Part shown: positions 40,530-53,967 of the stretch, piece by piece
How the letters are laid out: every line of letters starts with the position of its first letter
Position numbering within the stretch: position 1 is the stretch's first letter
Assembly: GCF_006345805.1 (NCBI RefSeq)
Contig: NC_043007.1
Span: forward strand, 24,738,001 to 24,802,000
Origin: Octopus sinensis
Lineage: Eukaryota
Reading direction: 5' to 3'
DNA: 64,000 nucleotides
Position numbers and translations under genes: made by a program
Notes under the pieces: model-generated
Told to the model about the DNA's origin: nothing
Databases searched by the model: none
What the model saw: only the letters and a program-made list of their open reading frames with translations

Positions 40530-41660
40530 GACTTGTATCGGATGCTGCATACTGTATAAATTCAAAAGGGGTTCTTTAGCAATTCAAGTACAAAGAAATA
40601 TTTGTACTATGGAAATAAAGCTTTAAGTGTCCAGACATGCAAATGACAGTTTGTCCAGTTTTGCTCAAGAAATTTTTCTGTTGCAGATTTCCATCACTCC
40701 GGACAGTCAAGTTCTGGCAATATTGAGCTTCTGAAAGCTACAATTGTGGAAAATCAAAAGCAAACTGCATGAGAATTAGCAAAACAGCTCAATTCAATAT
40801 TTCGTTTTGGGATTTGGTTTGCAAGATTCTTTATTTGAGTTTGTGTGTTGAAGCATATTTTGTTGTGTCTGGGGAGAGTAATTTTCTTTTTGTGCCTTAT
40901 AATGTAACACTCTCATTGGTAAAATTTTAGGAAAATAAAAATAAGAAATAAGTAGAAATTTTACCGGTGAGTGTGTTACATTATAAGGCACAAAAAGAAA
41001 ATTACTCTCCCCAGACACAACAGTTCAATTCAAGTCACACTTTAATCATAAAACACTTTCAGTGACAATGAAATGTGTGTAAACTTGGTCAGAGGGTCTC
41101 TCATTATCTAACTGCTTCTCACCTTCATCAAAGAACTGCTCTCTGCTTGTCATTGTTACTGAATCTTTCCTGGGTAGAGCCATCACAAGTGATGAAAACT
41201 GGATTGTCAATAATCACATTCAATGAAAACAACATAGTTAGCACCCAATACAAATGAAGAACCGAGAGTACACACTCAAAATGTTATGTTCTATGTTTGG
41301 TGGGATATGAAAGGTGTTGTCTATTATAAAGTGATAAACCAAAATGAAACGGCTAATGTGGAATTGTTGTCAATTGGAAGCATGGTACAAAAATGTCCAA
41401 AGGAAGCACATCATAGATCAATCATAAAGGAGTATTCCTTTTACAGAATAATGCAGGACCACATATTGCCCAAATCACCCAGGAAAAGATTATGGCTCAA
41501 AATATGGAATTTCTGCCTTGTATTCCTTACTCTCCTGGCCTTGCTCCATCAGATAATCATCTTTTCAGATCATTGCAACATTATTTAGAGGGAAAAGAGT
41601 TTATTAATTGTGAAGAGGTTCAAAATGATAAGAGTGTTTCTTTGTTTAGAAATCTGAAGA
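40530..41660 (+). mobile_element. Mariner transposase pseudogene, interrupted at 40798-41018
   Basis: Fragments ELAKQLNS, RAITSDENW, VWWDMKGVVYY, QNNAGPHIA and PYSPGLAPSDNHLFRSLQHYLEGKEF match mariner D,D34D motifs; stops and frameshifts. Confidence 0.9.
40798..41018. mobile_element. Partly inverted retro-insertion inside a mariner, with about 15-bp TSD
   Basis: TSD aacagYtcaattcaa at 40783-40797 and 41019-41033; inverted arms 40861-40927 and 40956-41022; related single-orientation copy at about 30481-30650. Confidence 0.75.
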
Positions 41661-42005
41661 ATTTTACACCTGATGGGGAAAATGATAAGAATGAAGGATG
41701 GATGTCAACAGAAATGGCTCAGGGGAGAGAAGGTGATGAGTGGTTGTACAGAAATGGCTGAAGAGTGACAGAATGTGTAGAAAGAAGAGGGCAGAAAGAT
41801 AAGGAGAGGATGGGTGAGAGTGAGAGAGTAATAGCTTGCATCAGTGTAAGGGAGAGTGTCAGTCATATGGATGACGGTGGGAAACAGAGATACATAAAGG
41901 GTGGTTATAGTGAGAGGCAAACAAGTGATGTGATGGATAGTTGATATGAGACAGCATTAAGAATGAGATGTGAGTGAAAAGAGGAAGTGGCACGAGAGAG
42001 AGGGG

Positions 42006-42036
<31 letters not shown>

Positions 42037-42976
42037 TGATGACAAGCAACACAGAAAGAATGGTTAGCGGAAAATTTGAATGTGGGTGGGTTGATCTTAA
42101 GAATGAGATGGATGTCAAAAGGAATATATGTGCATATGCTTGTGTATCAGTGTGTATGTATATATGTATCTGCGTGTATACATGTGTGTGTGTGCGTGTT
42201 TGTGTGACTGCACATAGATGAGAACATTAATGGTTAAGATTTCTGATTTTAAATGAACATTAAATTTAATTAAACACTTTACATGCAGGAATCTGACAGA
42301 AAAAATGTGCATGGTATCGCCCACTATATTAAATTTAATGTATGTAGTATACATATATATTATATATGTACATATGTGTGTGTGTATATATATGTATACA
42401 TATATATTATATAAATACATATGTATGTATATATATATATATATGTATTAGTAATGCAATACGAAAGTATTTACTTCTTTGTATATATATATATATATAT
42501 ATACAAATGAAAAGATATATATATATATACACACACACACATACATATACATGCGTATGCATGTATGCACACAGACAAATGATAATGATGATGATGACGA
42601 TGATGATGATGACAGTTATGTGTTTCTTATTAAGTACTGTCTTTTAATACTAGTTCGTCCATCAGTGACGGCAAATAGACACATTAACTTCTGCATATCT
42701 GCTAAAAACACACGTGCAGAAACGATGATGAGGACAGTTATGTGAGTCCCATTAAACCCACACACATATTTATAAGATGCTGTGTGGTAGATGAGTTATC
42801 AATGTTGAATGACAGATAGATGGATCAGTGTGTCTCTATATCTGTATATTATTTATCTACACACACACACATATATGTTTCTATATCTAAGTATATATAC
42901 ACATGTATATATATATATATCTATATATATATATATAATATATATATATATAATATAATATATATATGTATGTATC

Positions 42977-43054
<78 letters not shown>

Positions 43055-43068
43055 TATATATATATATA

Positions 43069-43139
<71 letters not shown>

Positions 43140-43793
43140 GTATCTATATCTAAGTATATATACGTAATATATAATCATATATGTACATATATGTGTATAT
43201 ATATATATGTATGTATATGTATATATATCTAAGTATATATACGTGTGTGTATGAATATAAACACATACATTGAGAACCTTCAAGAGATATGAAGTAAATA
43301 AAAAAATCATTTTTAATGGTAGAACTTGAAGTAAATAAAGCTAGTAATAACTAACATGTAGCATATTAGGTCAAAAAAGTGCTTGGATGGAAAAAGGCAA
43401 AGGCTGCGCATATGATCAGCATTCACATCTTCAGTAAACATGACAGCACATCTGTCATGTTTACAGAAGGTATGGGTTCAAGTCCCATCAGCAGCTTTTG
43501 ACTTTTTTCCATCCAAGGGTGTTTTTAACTCAATATTCCATTCCATTGAAGGCAGCGAGCTGGCAGAAATGTTAGCATGGTGAGCGAAATGCTTAGCCGT
43601 ATTTCGTCTGTCTCTATGTTCTGAGTTCAAATTCCACTGAGGTCAAAATTTCCCTTTCATCCTTTCAGGGTTGATAAATTAAGTACCAGTTGCATACTGG
43701 GGTCGATCTAATCAACAGGTTCCTTCCCCAAAAATTTTGGGCTTTGTGCCTAGATTAGAAAAGAATATTCCATGCCATTGTACGTACATACAT

Positions 43794-43849
<56 letters not shown>

Positions 43850-44605
43850 TAGTTCCAGGCTCAGTCACACTGCGTGGCACATTGGGCAACTGTCTTCTAC
43901 TATAGCCTCAGGCCAACCCCACTGCCTTGTGACTCGGTTTGGTAGGCGGAGACTGAAAGAAGCTTGTTGTATATAATATTTATGTATATCAGTGTTTGTC
44001 CCTCCTACCTTCGCTTGACAACCAATGCCAGAGTGTATATGTTCCTGAAGATTAGCAGTTTGGCAAAAGAGACTGATATCATAAGATGTAGGCTTACAAA
44101 AAATAAATTCTGAGATTGATTTCTTCAACAAAAACTCTTTAAGGCAGTACTCCAGCATGGTTGCAGACAAATGACTGAAATAAGTATATAGTTTCAGGTT
44201 CAGTCCCACTGTGTGATACCTTGGGCAAGTGGCTTCTACTATAGCTACAGGCTGACCAAAGCCATGTGAATGTTTTCCATTTGTTTCTCTCATTTGTATA
44301 CCCAAGTTTGCCTTTGTATTTCATGTTGTTTTCATATTCTGTAATTCATGTTTCCGTATTTCATGTTGTTTATGTTTTGTGATGTCCTGTGGACTTATAT
44401 GAATATATATTTACATACATATATATGTAAGTATGTACATATATGTATGTATATATGCATATATATATACATATTTTATTGATATTATTATATGATTGAA
44501 CACCACGCATTCATTTCCAAGTAAGTTTATCTATATATATATAAAATGTATATATGTATGTGTATATATATAATATATATATGTATATATATATATATTA
44601 TATAT

Positions 44606-44667
<62 letters not shown>

Positions 44668-44763
44668 ATATTATATATATATATATATATATTATATATA
44701 TTATATATACATATACATATACATATACATATAATGTGTATATATATATGTATATATATGCAT

Positions 44764-44852
<89 letters not shown>

Positions 44853-45152
44853 ATCTCTGAAATGCAAATCATTCTTGATGAATCTCCGAAAGTGCTAAAT
44901 ATATAATTATCCAAAATTCTGACTACCTACTCCTTCTTAAGTATAAAATCTGTACACCACTTCAAACAGCCTATACATATATCATTAATTCTAATTCTAG
45001 TACATTCTTAGTGCATTTCAAACTCCATTTCTTCACTTCCTTCACTTGTTAGGATCAATAACACAATTCTCTCCCTCTCTCTTTCATTTTATATATATAT
45101 GTGTGTGTATGTGTGTGTGTGAGTGTATGTATATGTATATATGTATATATGT

Positions 45153-45215
<63 letters not shown>

Positions 45216-45309
45216 TATATATATATACATACATATATATATATATAATATTATATATATATATACATATATATACATATATATACGTATATATACATAC
45301 ATATATAAG

Positions 45310-45343
<34 letters not shown>

Positions 45344-45510
45344 TATATAATATAATATATATATATATATAATCGTGTAGGCATAGTGAGACTAATAACC
45401 TGGTGTAGAGCTCAATATATGTACGGTCCAGAGCATAGTGTTGTATGAGTAGTAATAGAAATCAAAGAGATGACACTGGAAAAAGCAAATGTTGTGTAAT
45501 GAACTTCATT

Positions 45511-45591
45511 AGCTTACAGTTGTTTCTGCTATAACACGTGGTGGACTCTCAGTTGAGTACCAGGATATCATTCTATAGCTTCACCACAGTT
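45511..45591 (-). ncRNA. Strongly degenerate hammerhead-like remnant
   Basis: Minus strand: aact GTGGTGA a GCTATA...TATAGC a GAA ACAACTGT A agct. Two core substitutions; same stem III as 48205-48304. Confidence 0.3.
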
Positions 45592-45849
45592 TTGAGTATG
45601 AAGTGCACTTTATTTGGGAAAGTTATATATATGTGTGTGTGTGTGTGTGTGGTGTGTGTGTGTGTATGTATATATTCACACACACATGTATATACATATA
45701 TGTACAGTACCCTCCTCTTCTCTCTCTGCTCCTACAACACTCTTCATGAAATGCACACACATTATAAATATTATATACAGGCCGAAATCAAATTCAATGA
45801 CTGGCATCCATGCTAATGGAGCACTAACTGAGCCTGATCGTTGCCGGAG

Positions 45850-46235
45850 CAGCTAACTAGCTTCTGTGCCGGTGGCACGTAAAAAGCACCATTCGAGCGT
45901 GATTGTTGCCAGCGTTGCCATACTGGCACGTGAAAAAACATTCGAGCGAAGTCATTGCCAGTGCCGCTGGACTGGCTCCTGTGCAGGTGTCATGTAAAAA
46001 ACACCATTTGAGCGTGGCCGTTGCCAGTACCACCTGACTGGCCCCCATGTCGGTGGCACGTAAAAAGCACGCACTACATTCTCAGAATGGTTGGCGTTAG
46101 GAAGGGCATCCAGCCGTAGAAACTCTGCCAGATCATGATTGGAGCTTGGTGCAGCCATCTGGTTCACCAGCCCTCAGTCAAATCATCCAACCCATGCTAG
46201 CATGGAAAGCAGACGTTAAACGATGATGATGATGA
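45850..46235 (+). mobile_element. (GAT)n-tailed RTE-type 3' UTR fragment (representative)
   Basis: Same 3' end as the LINE at 50291-50912. Other copies at about 4195-4370(-), 6420-6680(-), 7870-8150(-), 10065-10260, 35100-35290, 49940-50160, 55900-56070, 57133-57415(-), 61515-61685(-). Confidence 0.75.
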
Positions 46236-46270
46236 AGTATAAGGTCCATACATGTCTGTGTGCGTATGTG

Positions 46271-46648
46271 CGTATGGCCCAGTGGTTAGGGCAGCGGACT
46301 CGCGGTCGTAGGATCGCGGTTTCGATTCCCAGACCGGGCGTTGTAAGTGTTTATTGAGTGAAAACACCTAAAAAGCTCCACGAGGCTCCGGCAGGGGATG
46401 GTGGTGATCCCTGCTGTACTCTTTCACCACAACTTTCTCTCACTCTTACTTCCTGTTTCTGTTGTACCTGTATTTCAAAGGGCCGGCCTTGTCACTCTCT
46501 GCGTCACGCTGAATATCCCCGAGAACTACGTTAAGGGTACACGTGTCTGTGGAGTGCTCAGCCACTTACACGTGAATTTCACGAGCAGGCTGTACCGTTG
46601 ATTCAGATCAACCGGAACCCTCGTCGTCGTAACCGACAGAGTGCTTCC
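46271..46648 (+). mobile_element. tRNA-derived SINE, family A
   Basis: Highly similar to 53968-54356. Confidence 0.85.
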
Positions 46649-47600
46649 ATGCATGCATGTAATTCAACTGTGCAGCTGTAGCTGGCCATTTTGAATACTG
46701 GTTTCCTTATGTATCAAATTACAAGTTAAGCAAGTCACTATCTTCAACATTTCTTAATTCATTTTCATATTTTCATACTCAACAATTTCATTTCAAAGCT
46801 TGCCATATAATTTCATTTTGGACACTGCTCTTTTTAAGAACGCTAAAGTGTATAATTTCTCTGGTTACATTCATAGGTTATCAGTCAAGCTATAGGTTTA
46901 AACAATACACAGATTGGTTTAATTGAATACAAATACAAATTGGGTTTTGTGTTGAGGAAGCCACAAGACAACCGTTTGGTCAAAGCCAGAACCTACTTCT
47001 GTACTTCACCCTACATTCCAGCACATATACAACATCAAAGTTATCTATAAATATGGCCAGCTTGCATTTATGCTCTATTCTCTTTCACTTTGTTCACCTT
47101 TCCCGACTTTCCTTTGCACTGTTTAACATTCTATGTACCACTTATTTTTGTCACCTTCTCACCAACCATCATTTCTTCACCTTCTCCATCTATATTTTCT
47201 TGTTTGTTTGTTTCTTTCTTTTTTGCTTTCTTTCTTTCTACTTCCCTATTTCCTCCTCTAGGGAAAAGATATATATTTAGCTTTCACACTGTATGTAGTT
47301 ACTAGCTGTGAACACCAGGCACAAAGACTTGAAACAAGATTAATAGACTAGTCAGCAATAAACTAAATATATATGTGTGTATGTGCGTATATACATACAT
47401 ATATTCATTCATTCACACGTTCATACAAACAAGCATTCATATATATTTACTTATATATATATAAACACACACACATACGTATAAATGCACATATACACAC
47501 ACATATGTATGTACACATACATACATATATATGTATGTATAAATATACATATATGTTTATATATGTGTATATATATCATAATTTGAAACTGACTTATTGG

Positions 47601-47650
47601 AAGTCCACCTGAAGATTGTCGATCAAGACAAGAAACAATTGTAGTGGCTT
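47601..47650 (+). ncRNA. Type I minimal hammerhead ribozyme motif, intact core
   Basis: aag-t-CCAC CTGAAGA TTGTC gatcaa GACAA GAA ACAATTGT A GTGG-ctt. Stem I 4 bp (+3 after a bulge), stem II 5 bp, palindromic stem III, GUA cleavage triplet (cut 3' of A47643). Confidence 0.8.
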
Positions 47651-47877
47651 TTTACTATTTATTAAATTTTATGTATTGATTAAGTCTTTCCTTGTTTGTT
47701 TTGCAAAATAGTGGTTTTGTCTCTAATAATATTTTATATATATATATATATATACATATACACACAAATATATATAGATAGATAGGTAAGCAGATAGATA
47801 TATACATACATTATATATATACATGTATATAAACATATGCACATTATGTTATGTGTGTATATAAATATACACATAAA

Positions 47878-47913
<36 letters not shown>

Positions 47914-48011
47914 CATACATTATATATATGAACACACACACACTCATATATATGTATATACAAGTATGTATATATATACATACACACATACATTGTATAT
48001 ATTATATATAT

Positions 48012-48045
<34 letters not shown>

Positions 48046-48059
48046 ATATATATACACAC

Positions 48060-48090
<31 letters not shown>

Positions 48091-48204
48091 TATATATGTA
48101 CATATATATATATATATGTGTGTGTGTGTGTATATATATATACACACACACACACATACATACATATATACATATAAATTTTAACAAATTGTATCTATTT
48201 ATCA

Positions 48205-48304
48205 CTCGATGAGATACATCTGCACCGCCGGATGCTCCTGAACCAGTTGTTGAGTGTCCCACCCATGAGGGATCGATGCTGGATGTATTGAAACAACTGT
48301 CGAG
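48205..48304 (+). ncRNA. Degenerate hammerhead motif (core lacks C3U4), long stem II
   Basis: CTC GATGA GATACATC...(61 nt)...GATGTATT GAA ACAACTGT C GAG. 8-bp stem II base, GUC triplet, CTC/GAG stem I. Confidence 0.5.
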
Positions 48305-49810
48305 ATTAATAATAGAAATTCTCGTATATTCCATCCTGTCTTTCATTTACCATATATATATATATATATATATACATGAACACACACGCGCACATATATA
48401 TATTCACATGCACACACACACAATATATGCACATGTGTGTGTGTGTGTGTGTAGGCGCATGCCTGACAGTACTAAGAAGTTAATTTTGCAACCTGTGACT
48501 TGCAAGTTTCTTCTCACATCATAGCAGCATGGTGAAATGTCATCTGCTATAACCTTGGGCTGACTAATGCCTGGTAAATGGAAATGGTAAATGGAAACTG
48601 AATATAAGCCTACTTGTAAATATCCATGTATATGCGTTTGTGTTTGTATGTGTGTCCATGTATGCATGTCTTGAAATTTTTAGTGCACTGCACTTTAATT
48701 ATGAAATGGTAATACTGATCAGGTGGTACTAATGTCTATACCTGCTGTTAAAAAAAAAAGTCCTTCTCATAGAACTGCAGAGAATGTTGGGCAAAAGACT
48801 AGAGGCACAAATACTTTGATTGGAAACGAGTTATGTTGGTGACAGGGATAACATGGTTATCCCAGTCGGAGGGAGAGAGCAAGATAACAAGAGAGATAGT
48901 GGTGATGTGTACGTGTGTGTGTGTATTTATATATGTGTGTAGCCACGATCTTTCTTTCTTGACCTGACTGCTGACTGTCAACACCTCTTACATCCATCTC
49001 CTATGTTCCTGCCTTTAGGCTTTCGCTTCATACACACCAGCTCAATTTGATTCATTCTCAGTCGAAAGACACCTGTTGTTATTTCTTGTTTGTATTTGTA
49101 ATTTTGTACCATGTTCTTTATTTTTTGTCTTAGTTGCCGTACACATTTGCTAGCTTTCTTACAAAAAAAATCTAATGCTCTTAGCTTAGACATTTTTGGG
49201 GGCAACCAGATCGAATTGTCTCAAGTGTAACTGCCCGAAACAGTAAGGACTTCTGGTAACTTGACTGAGGAAAGAAGGGCATGAATGACATATCTTTTTT
49301 TTTTGTCTGTCCTTCTAATTGTTGTTTCTCCTGTCCACCTTTGTATCGTCTATCTTTCAGAATGTTTTATGGTCCACTATTGCATTTTTGTGCCATTTTT
49401 TATATTTATTTTATATATATATATATATTATATATATATATATATATTTTTATTTTACTTGTTTCAGTCATTTGACTGTGGCCATGCTGAAGTATTGTCT
49501 CCCAGCACTTATTCTTTGTAAGCCTAGTACTTATTCTATTGGTCTCTTTTGCCAAACTGCTAAGTTACGGGGAGTAAATACACTAACATCATGATGGTGG
49601 GGAAGGGACAAACACAGACACAGAAATACATACATACATGCTTCATTCAGTTTCTGTCTACCAAATCCCATCACAAAGCTTTCGTCAACCTGTGGCTCTA
49701 TTAGAAGACACTTGCCCAAAGTGCCATGCAGTGGGACTGAACCTGGAACAATGTGGTTGGGAAGCAAGCTTCTTACCCACATAACCACATATAAATATAT
49801 TCACAGACAC

Positions 49811-49907
<97 letters not shown>

Positions 49908-50290
49908 CATATATACACACACACACTCACACATAAAGGGAACTTGTGCCAGTGCCACGTAAAAGCAGTCATGTGGTGCCACCTAAATGTACCCAGCACA
50001 CTGTAAAATGACTGGTTTTAGGTAGGGCATCCAGCCATAGAAACCATGCCAAATCAGACTGGAGCCCAGTGCAGCCCCTCAGCTTACCAGCTTACCATCA
50101 AACCTATGCGAGCATGGACAACGGACATTAAATGATGATGATGATGATGATGATGATGACGACGATGACGATGGTGATAGTGATGATGATGTGCATATGC
50201 ATGTATATATATATATTATAATATATACATGTGCATATGCATGTATATATATATATATATATATATATCTATATATATATATATATATAT

Positions 50291-50912
50291 ACACGACCTT
50301 CGAACTTTAGGCCTCACTGAGGAAATGACCAGCGACCGAGACCTTTGGAAATATGCTGTACGTGAGAAGACCAGGCAGGACAAGTGAGCCCAGCCCACTT
50401 ATGCATGCCTTTCCTCCCTTGGACACAAAGACTTGTTGAGGCAAGCGAAGTCGATATCGAACCTCATCCGACGACAGGCACCCATGCCAACCCCCTTTGC
50501 TTGCGAAGACATGTTGGGGCAAGAGAAATCGAAATCGAAATTGAACCAATCCTATGACTGGCACCCGGCAGATGCCAGGACCCCTGGACTGGTGGTACGT
50601 AAAAAGCACTATCCGACTCGTGGCCGATGCCAGCGCCGCCTCAACTGGCTTCCGTGCCGGTGGCACGTAAATTGCACCAATCCGACCGTGGCCGTTGCCA
50701 GCCTCGCCTGGCACCTGTGCAGATGGCACGTAAAAAGCACCCACTACACTCACGGAGTGGTTGGTGTTAGGAAGAGCATCAAGCTGTAGAAACATTGCCA
50801 GATAAGACTGGAGCCTGGTGCAGCCTTCTGGCTTCCCAGATCCCCGGTCGAACCGTCCAACCCATGCTAGCATGGAGAACGGACGTTAAACGATGATGAT
50901 GATGATGATGAT
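50291..50912 (+). mobile_element. 5'-truncated RTE-like LINE: ORF2 end, repeat-containing 3' UTR, (GAT)n tail
   Basis: HDLRTLGLTEEMTSDRDLWKYAVREKTRQDK*; UTR with repeated tggcacgtaaaaagcac units; ends cggacgttaaacgatgatgatg. Confidence 0.75.
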
Positions 50913-51189
50913 ATATATGAATATATGAAAGTCTACATAAACCAAAAGGTTTTACAATCCTCATAATAATGATGATCACAACAATCACAATGATGATGCT
51001 CAAGAGGAAACCATTGATGACGATGAAAAAGTGGAGGATAAGCAGAAGGGGGAAGCAGGGTGCGAGGCAAGGCTGAAGGAGATCGTAACAGCAACAACAA
51101 CAAATGCTGACAGCTGACAAGCCATTATTATTATGGCAATAATAATGAACACAGTGATTAATGATTGACTGTGACATTGGTGATGGAGA

Positions 51190-51301
51190 TTAACAATAGT
51201 GATGGTGGTTAACGGTGATGATGGTGAAAACGATGAGGATGATGGACAGAATGGTGTTGATGGCAGTGATGACGACGATGATAACTTGATGATGTTGATG
51301 A

Positions 51302-51333
<32 letters not shown>

Positions 51334-51655
51334 CAATGATGTTAGTTTTGGTGGTGAAGATAGTGATGATGATTGAAATGGTGATAATGATGATGAAAAT
51401 TATGATGTTATTGATGATGATGATGATGATGATGTGGATGATGATGATAAAAGTGATGTATGGTGACAACGATTACGATGATGGTAGTGAAGATAACGAA
51501 AATGACGACGTGGTTGGTGAAGATAACGCCACTGGTGATGACGATTGTGGAGATGATAATGATAATGAGAACAACGATAGTGATGATGATGTTGATGCTG
51601 ATGACGATCAAAGTGATGACGGAGATACTGATGATGATGATGATGATGATGATGT
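51190..51655. repeat. Degenerate (GAT)n array
   Basis: Direct reading. Confidence 0.9.
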
Positions 51656-52244
51656 TTAACAGCTTTATGAAATATGATATCATAGCATAGATGATTTGCC
51701 ACTATATTTGTATGTTGTTATTGCTGACAGCACCACGACAGTGTTCATTTTGGTAAACATCTGCTCCACTGCAATGATGAATCTCGGAACACTGTAAACA
51801 CATTACAGGATCAGTCACCACCATCACCACCAGCAATGCTACCACCACCACCACCACCATCAATAATGCTAGCTGTCTGCTTTCTCTGCTGATATGCATA
51901 CATACAAGCATCATATAAGGATGAGTATGCATGTATGTATGTATGTATCTACCTATCTGTATCTATCTTATTTATTTATTGCCCACAAGGGGCTAAACAT
52001 AGAGGGGACAAACAAGGACAAATGGATTAAGTTGATTATATTGACCCCAATGCGTAACTGGTGTTTATTTAATTGACCCCGAAAGGATGAAAGGCAAAGT
52101 TGACCTCGGCAGAATTTAAACTAAGAACGTAGCGGCAGATGAAATACCGCAAAGCATTTCGCCCGGCATGCTAAAGTTTCTGCCAGCTCGCTGCCTTAAT
52201 ATCTATGCCTATCTATCTATATACCTACTCTCTCTCTATGTATG

Positions 52245-52280
<36 letters not shown>

Positions 52281-52842
52281 CTTTTATTTGTTGCACTTTG
52301 TGGCCATACTGGGGCACCAGCTTGAATGGTTAATCTGTGCAAATCAACCCCAGCCTTGTACTTATTCTGTCAGTCTTTTGCCAAACTGCTGGGAAGAAAC
52401 ACCAACACAGACACACATACACAAAAGAATTCTTTCAATTTCTCTCTGCAAAATCCACTCACCTGGCTTTGGTCAACCCAGGTTTAAAGTAGAAGACACT
52501 TGCCCAAGGTGCCATGCAGTGGGACAGAACCTGGATCCATGTGGTTGGGAATAAACTTGTTACTGCACAGCCATGCAGTCAAAATAGCACCAGTCATTTT
52601 AGATTTCTTTCACTGGTGCCTCGTATGGCAACCAAGAGAATGTCAAAAGTGTTGTACAAGCTTTTGTCAATTAAATCCATTGACGTACAAACATCTCACT
52701 ATCATTTAATTTCTTGGTCTGCATTGTATTTCATAAAATTCTATGCAAATATGAAAATAAATTACAATAAACAATCAAGATAACTACAAGACAACTATCA
52801 TCAGACAAGAGGAAGCAATCATCATATGAATAAATAAATATA

Positions 52843-53006
52843 TAGGCGCTGGAGTGGCTATGTGGTAAGAAGCTTGCTTACCAACCACATGGTTCTGGGT
52901 TCAGTCCCACTGCGTGGCACCTTGGGCAAGTGTCTTCTACTATAGCCTCGGGCCAACCAAAGCCTTGTGAGTGGATTTGGTAGACGGATATTGAAAGAAG
53001 CCCGTC

Positions 53007-53086
<80 letters not shown>

Positions 53087-53578
53087 ATATATTATATATA
53101 TATATAATATATAATATATATATATATATATAACTAATGTAGGATAAAATTTTTTTTTTTCGAAAAAAATTTTATCAATGGCCAGCATATCAAAAAAATA
53201 CCTTTAAAGGTTAAATTTATAAATAACTTACAAAATAAGGGCAAAAGAAAAATTCTAATGCCAAATATGCCGAAAAAGAGACAAAATTGTCAATAACCAT
53301 TATAATTTATGCGTCTCGAAACAAACCGATAGAAATTTATAAAAAATCCGTTATTACTGTTATTGGTCCCAATTTCAGGGTTAATTCATAAGAAGAGGGG
53401 AAAATTCTTATGAATTAACCCCGAAATTGGGACCAACATGGTAATAACGGATTTTTTAGAAATTTCTATTGGTTTGTTTCGAGACGCATAAATTATAACG
53501 GTTATTGACAATTTTGTCTCTTTTTCAGCATATTTGGCATTGGAATTTTTCTTTTGCCCTTATTTTGTAAGTTATTAT

Positions 53579-53631
<53 letters not shown>

Positions 53632-53840
53632 ATATATATTTGTGTGTCTGTGTTTGTCCCCCAACATTGCTTGACAACCAATGCTGGTGTGTTTACGTCC
53701 TCGTAACTTAGCGGTTCAGCAAAAGAGACCAATAGAATAAGTACTAGGCTTACAAAAAATAAGTTCTGGGGTCGATTTGCTAGACTAAAGGCCGTGCCCC
53801 AGCATGGCCACAGTCAAATGACTGAAACAAGTAAAAGAGT
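52843..53840 (+). mobile_element. SINE family B split by expanded (TA)n and a fold-back insertion
   Basis: 5' half 52843-53010 and 3' half about 53635-53840 are colinear with the 26320 copy. Confidence 0.8.
53222..53576. mobile_element. Fold-back element (about 170-bp arms) inserted in the (TA)n tract of a SINE
   Basis: Arms 53222-53392 and 53405-53576. The centre reads GAAGA GGGG...CCCC GAAA TTGG-GA-CCAA (5'-truncated hammerhead). The antisense tail continues to about 53135. Confidence 0.75.
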
Positions 53841-53967
53841 AAAAGAGAGCAGAGTATATGCATACAAGAGTTATGGAATTGAGCAGGAAAAATTCAGGTT
53901 ACATATGTTTCATAGCAAGTGGAACCTCGGAAGTGATAATATCCGTGTGAGGTGTATACTGCTGACT

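Noticed and set aside
44871-44900. TTGATGA-ATCTCC-GAAAGTGCT-A, and the similar remnant at 8506-8550
   Set aside because: Each needs two or more repairs in core and stems; kept only as weak context for the hammerhead population, not called as features.
49195-49256. Possible hammerhead (GGGCA...TGCCC GAAAC) in a repeat also present at about 5490-5660
   Set aside because: The CUGANGA position reads TTTTTGG and stem III needs an indel; too decayed to call.
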